64,000 nt of DNA, from assembly GCA_963848135.1 (NCBI GenBank), contig CAWKCK010000003.1, positions 558,001 through 622,000 on the forward strand, given 5' to 3'. Below are positions 62,902 through 64,000 of the stretch, in pieces (position 1 is the first letter of the stretch; each line of letters starts with the position of its first letter). The notes beneath the pieces were generated by a model. That model was given only the letters and a program-made list of their open reading frames with translations, did no database searches and was not told the DNA's origin. The DNA comes from an uncultured delta proteobacterium. Lineage in GTDB: Bacteria > Desulfobacterota > Desulfobacteria > Desulfobacterales > SG8-13. Both the position numbers and the translations under genes were made by a program.

Positions 62902-63112
62902 GAGCGGAGGGAATGATCAGCGACTTCAGCGGGCAAACTCTTGCATAAGGCAACCTAAGGAAAGAACAGTTTTCATAATAATATTTAATTGTTAAACAAA
63001 CCTCACCAATTGTCGCCCCCACCTGACAGCGATTGTTTTCTCTGTTCTTTCCCAAGGCTGCCTAATGCATTCAAACAGTGCCCGCTTGCGCTGCTGATCA
63101 TTCCCTCCGCTC
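62902..63112. repeat. Palindromic element family A (opposite orientation to the 51148 and 53055 copies)
   Basis: GAGCGGAGGGAATGATCAGC...GCTGATCATTCCCTCCGCTC. Confidence 0.85.
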
Positions 63113-63155
63113 TGATGCCTCATTTGCGAGATAAACTCCCGATTATGAATTATAT

Positions 63156-63191
63156 AAAAAACCCCTGGAGGATTCGTCTCCAGGGGTTTTT
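63156..63191. terminator. Bidirectional rho-independent terminator
   Basis: AAAAAACCCCTGGAG-loop-CTCCAGGGGTTTTT. Confidence 0.8.
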
Positions 63192-63228
63192 ATGTTTTTT
63201 CACATAAATTTTTCGTCGAAAAATTTAT

Positions 63229-64000
63229 TTAGAAGAACTTCCAGGTCACACCGGCTGACAGGTTCCACACATTTTTGTCGTATTCGACAGGCACACCAAA
63301 TAACTGGGTTGGATCGTTAGACACGCCAGTCACGGTTTTGTAGAAGACGTATGCGCCACCCAAAGTGATGTCCCAGGCCGGGGTCGGGCTGAACACGACA
63401 CCGCCGCCGAGGGTGTTGGCACTCAGTTTGGGCTCTTCAGGTTCGTTGATCTGCTGGTTGTTGTCAATCTTGATGTCTGTGTACAGATACCCGAGGCTGG
63501 CCTTCCACTTGGGGGAGAAGATGTATTCGGCGGTCAGGCCCAGGTCCCAGCTGTTGCCTTCGCCTTCGTACGTGTCGATGGTGGCGCTTTTTTCAAGGTA
63601 GAGGACATAGTTGACATCCACTTTGAACTGGGGCAGGAATTGATAGGATGCCCCGATTCCAATTTGGCCCGGGACATCGATCCGCCGCCGCGAGCCGTCC
63701 GCAAACCCCAACGCCGGTGCAATACCGAGGGTGTCCTGCTTGACGTCCATCTTGTAGTCCATCTTGGTGTTCATGATGTACGTCACGGCCCCGTTGAACT
63801 TTTTATAGGCGAAGTTGGCGCCGAAGATTCCGGCCCACCCGTCGGCATCCTCCTCGAGGTTAAGGCTCGGGACGAGGGGGGCGTTTATACCCGCAGGAAA
63901 CGGGGGTGAAGGTGCGGGGTTGGCGGCACTGATGATGGCTCCGCCATCGAATTCGCGAGTGCCGGTGGAATAGCGCACGCCTGCTGCAAAAGAGAACATC
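63229..64000 (-). CDS. Outer-membrane beta-barrel, FadL/OmpP1 family (5' end outside the window)
   Basis: Amphipathic beta strands; DVPGQIGIGASY; aromatic C-terminus VTWKFF. Confidence 0.75.
   Translation of the reverse strand, partial: MFSFAAGVRYSTGTREFDGGAIISAANPAPSPPFPAGINAPLVPSLNLEEDADGWAGIFGANFAYKKFNGAVTYIMNTKMDYKMDVKQDTLGIAPALGFADGSRRRIDVPGQIGIGASYQFLPQFKVDVNYVLYLEKSATIDTYEGEGNSWDLGLTAEYIFSPKWKASLGYLYTDIKIDNNQQINEPEEPKLSANTLGGGVVFSPTPAWDITLGGAYVFYKTVTGVSNDPTQLFGVPVEYDKNVWNLSAGVTWKFF

Overview
This is chromosomal DNA from a sulfate-reducing deltaproteobacterium, probably Desulfobacterales-like (inferred from qmoBC, sat and gene context). In order it carries: qmoB(3')-qmoC and a convergent sat; two tRNA-Ser; a periplasmic Tat-exported group-1b-type [NiFe] hydrogenase with protease-hypC-hypF-hypD-hypE; an MMPL/RND-cNMP-degenerate-GGDEF gene; a group-3-like [NiFe] hydrogenase; apbE, etfBA, rimO, a polyprenyl synthase and tRNA-Val; an MBOAT O-acylation module; HD-GYP and SulP-STAS-cNMP genes; a complete ISL3 with 8-bp TSD; a cobalamin-riboswitch ABC transporter/cbiL operon; a Nik/Cbi ECF operon; argS, SPOR, gatCA, a four-helix-bundle gene, mutL and a partial FadL-like porin. 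Main observations: (1) the group-3-like hydrogenase small subunit appears fused to two intact cyclic-nucleotide-binding domains, and its large subunit has no C-terminal extension, suggesting a cNMP-regulated or sensory hydrogenase. (2) The periplasmic hydrogenase large subunit has an in-frame TGA with a SECIS-like hairpin at the N-terminal bridging Cys (CxxU), not at the canonical C-terminal NiFeSe site. (3) Three tiny hydrophobic ORFs missed by the ORF track lie behind a sigma54-type promoter. (4) A four-helix-bundle gene is bracketed by inverted heptamer arrays, and several families of dispersed palindromic elements occur. About six single-base frameshifts, mostly in homopolymers and some in housekeeping genes, suggest sequencing indel errors, so split genes are treated cautiously.
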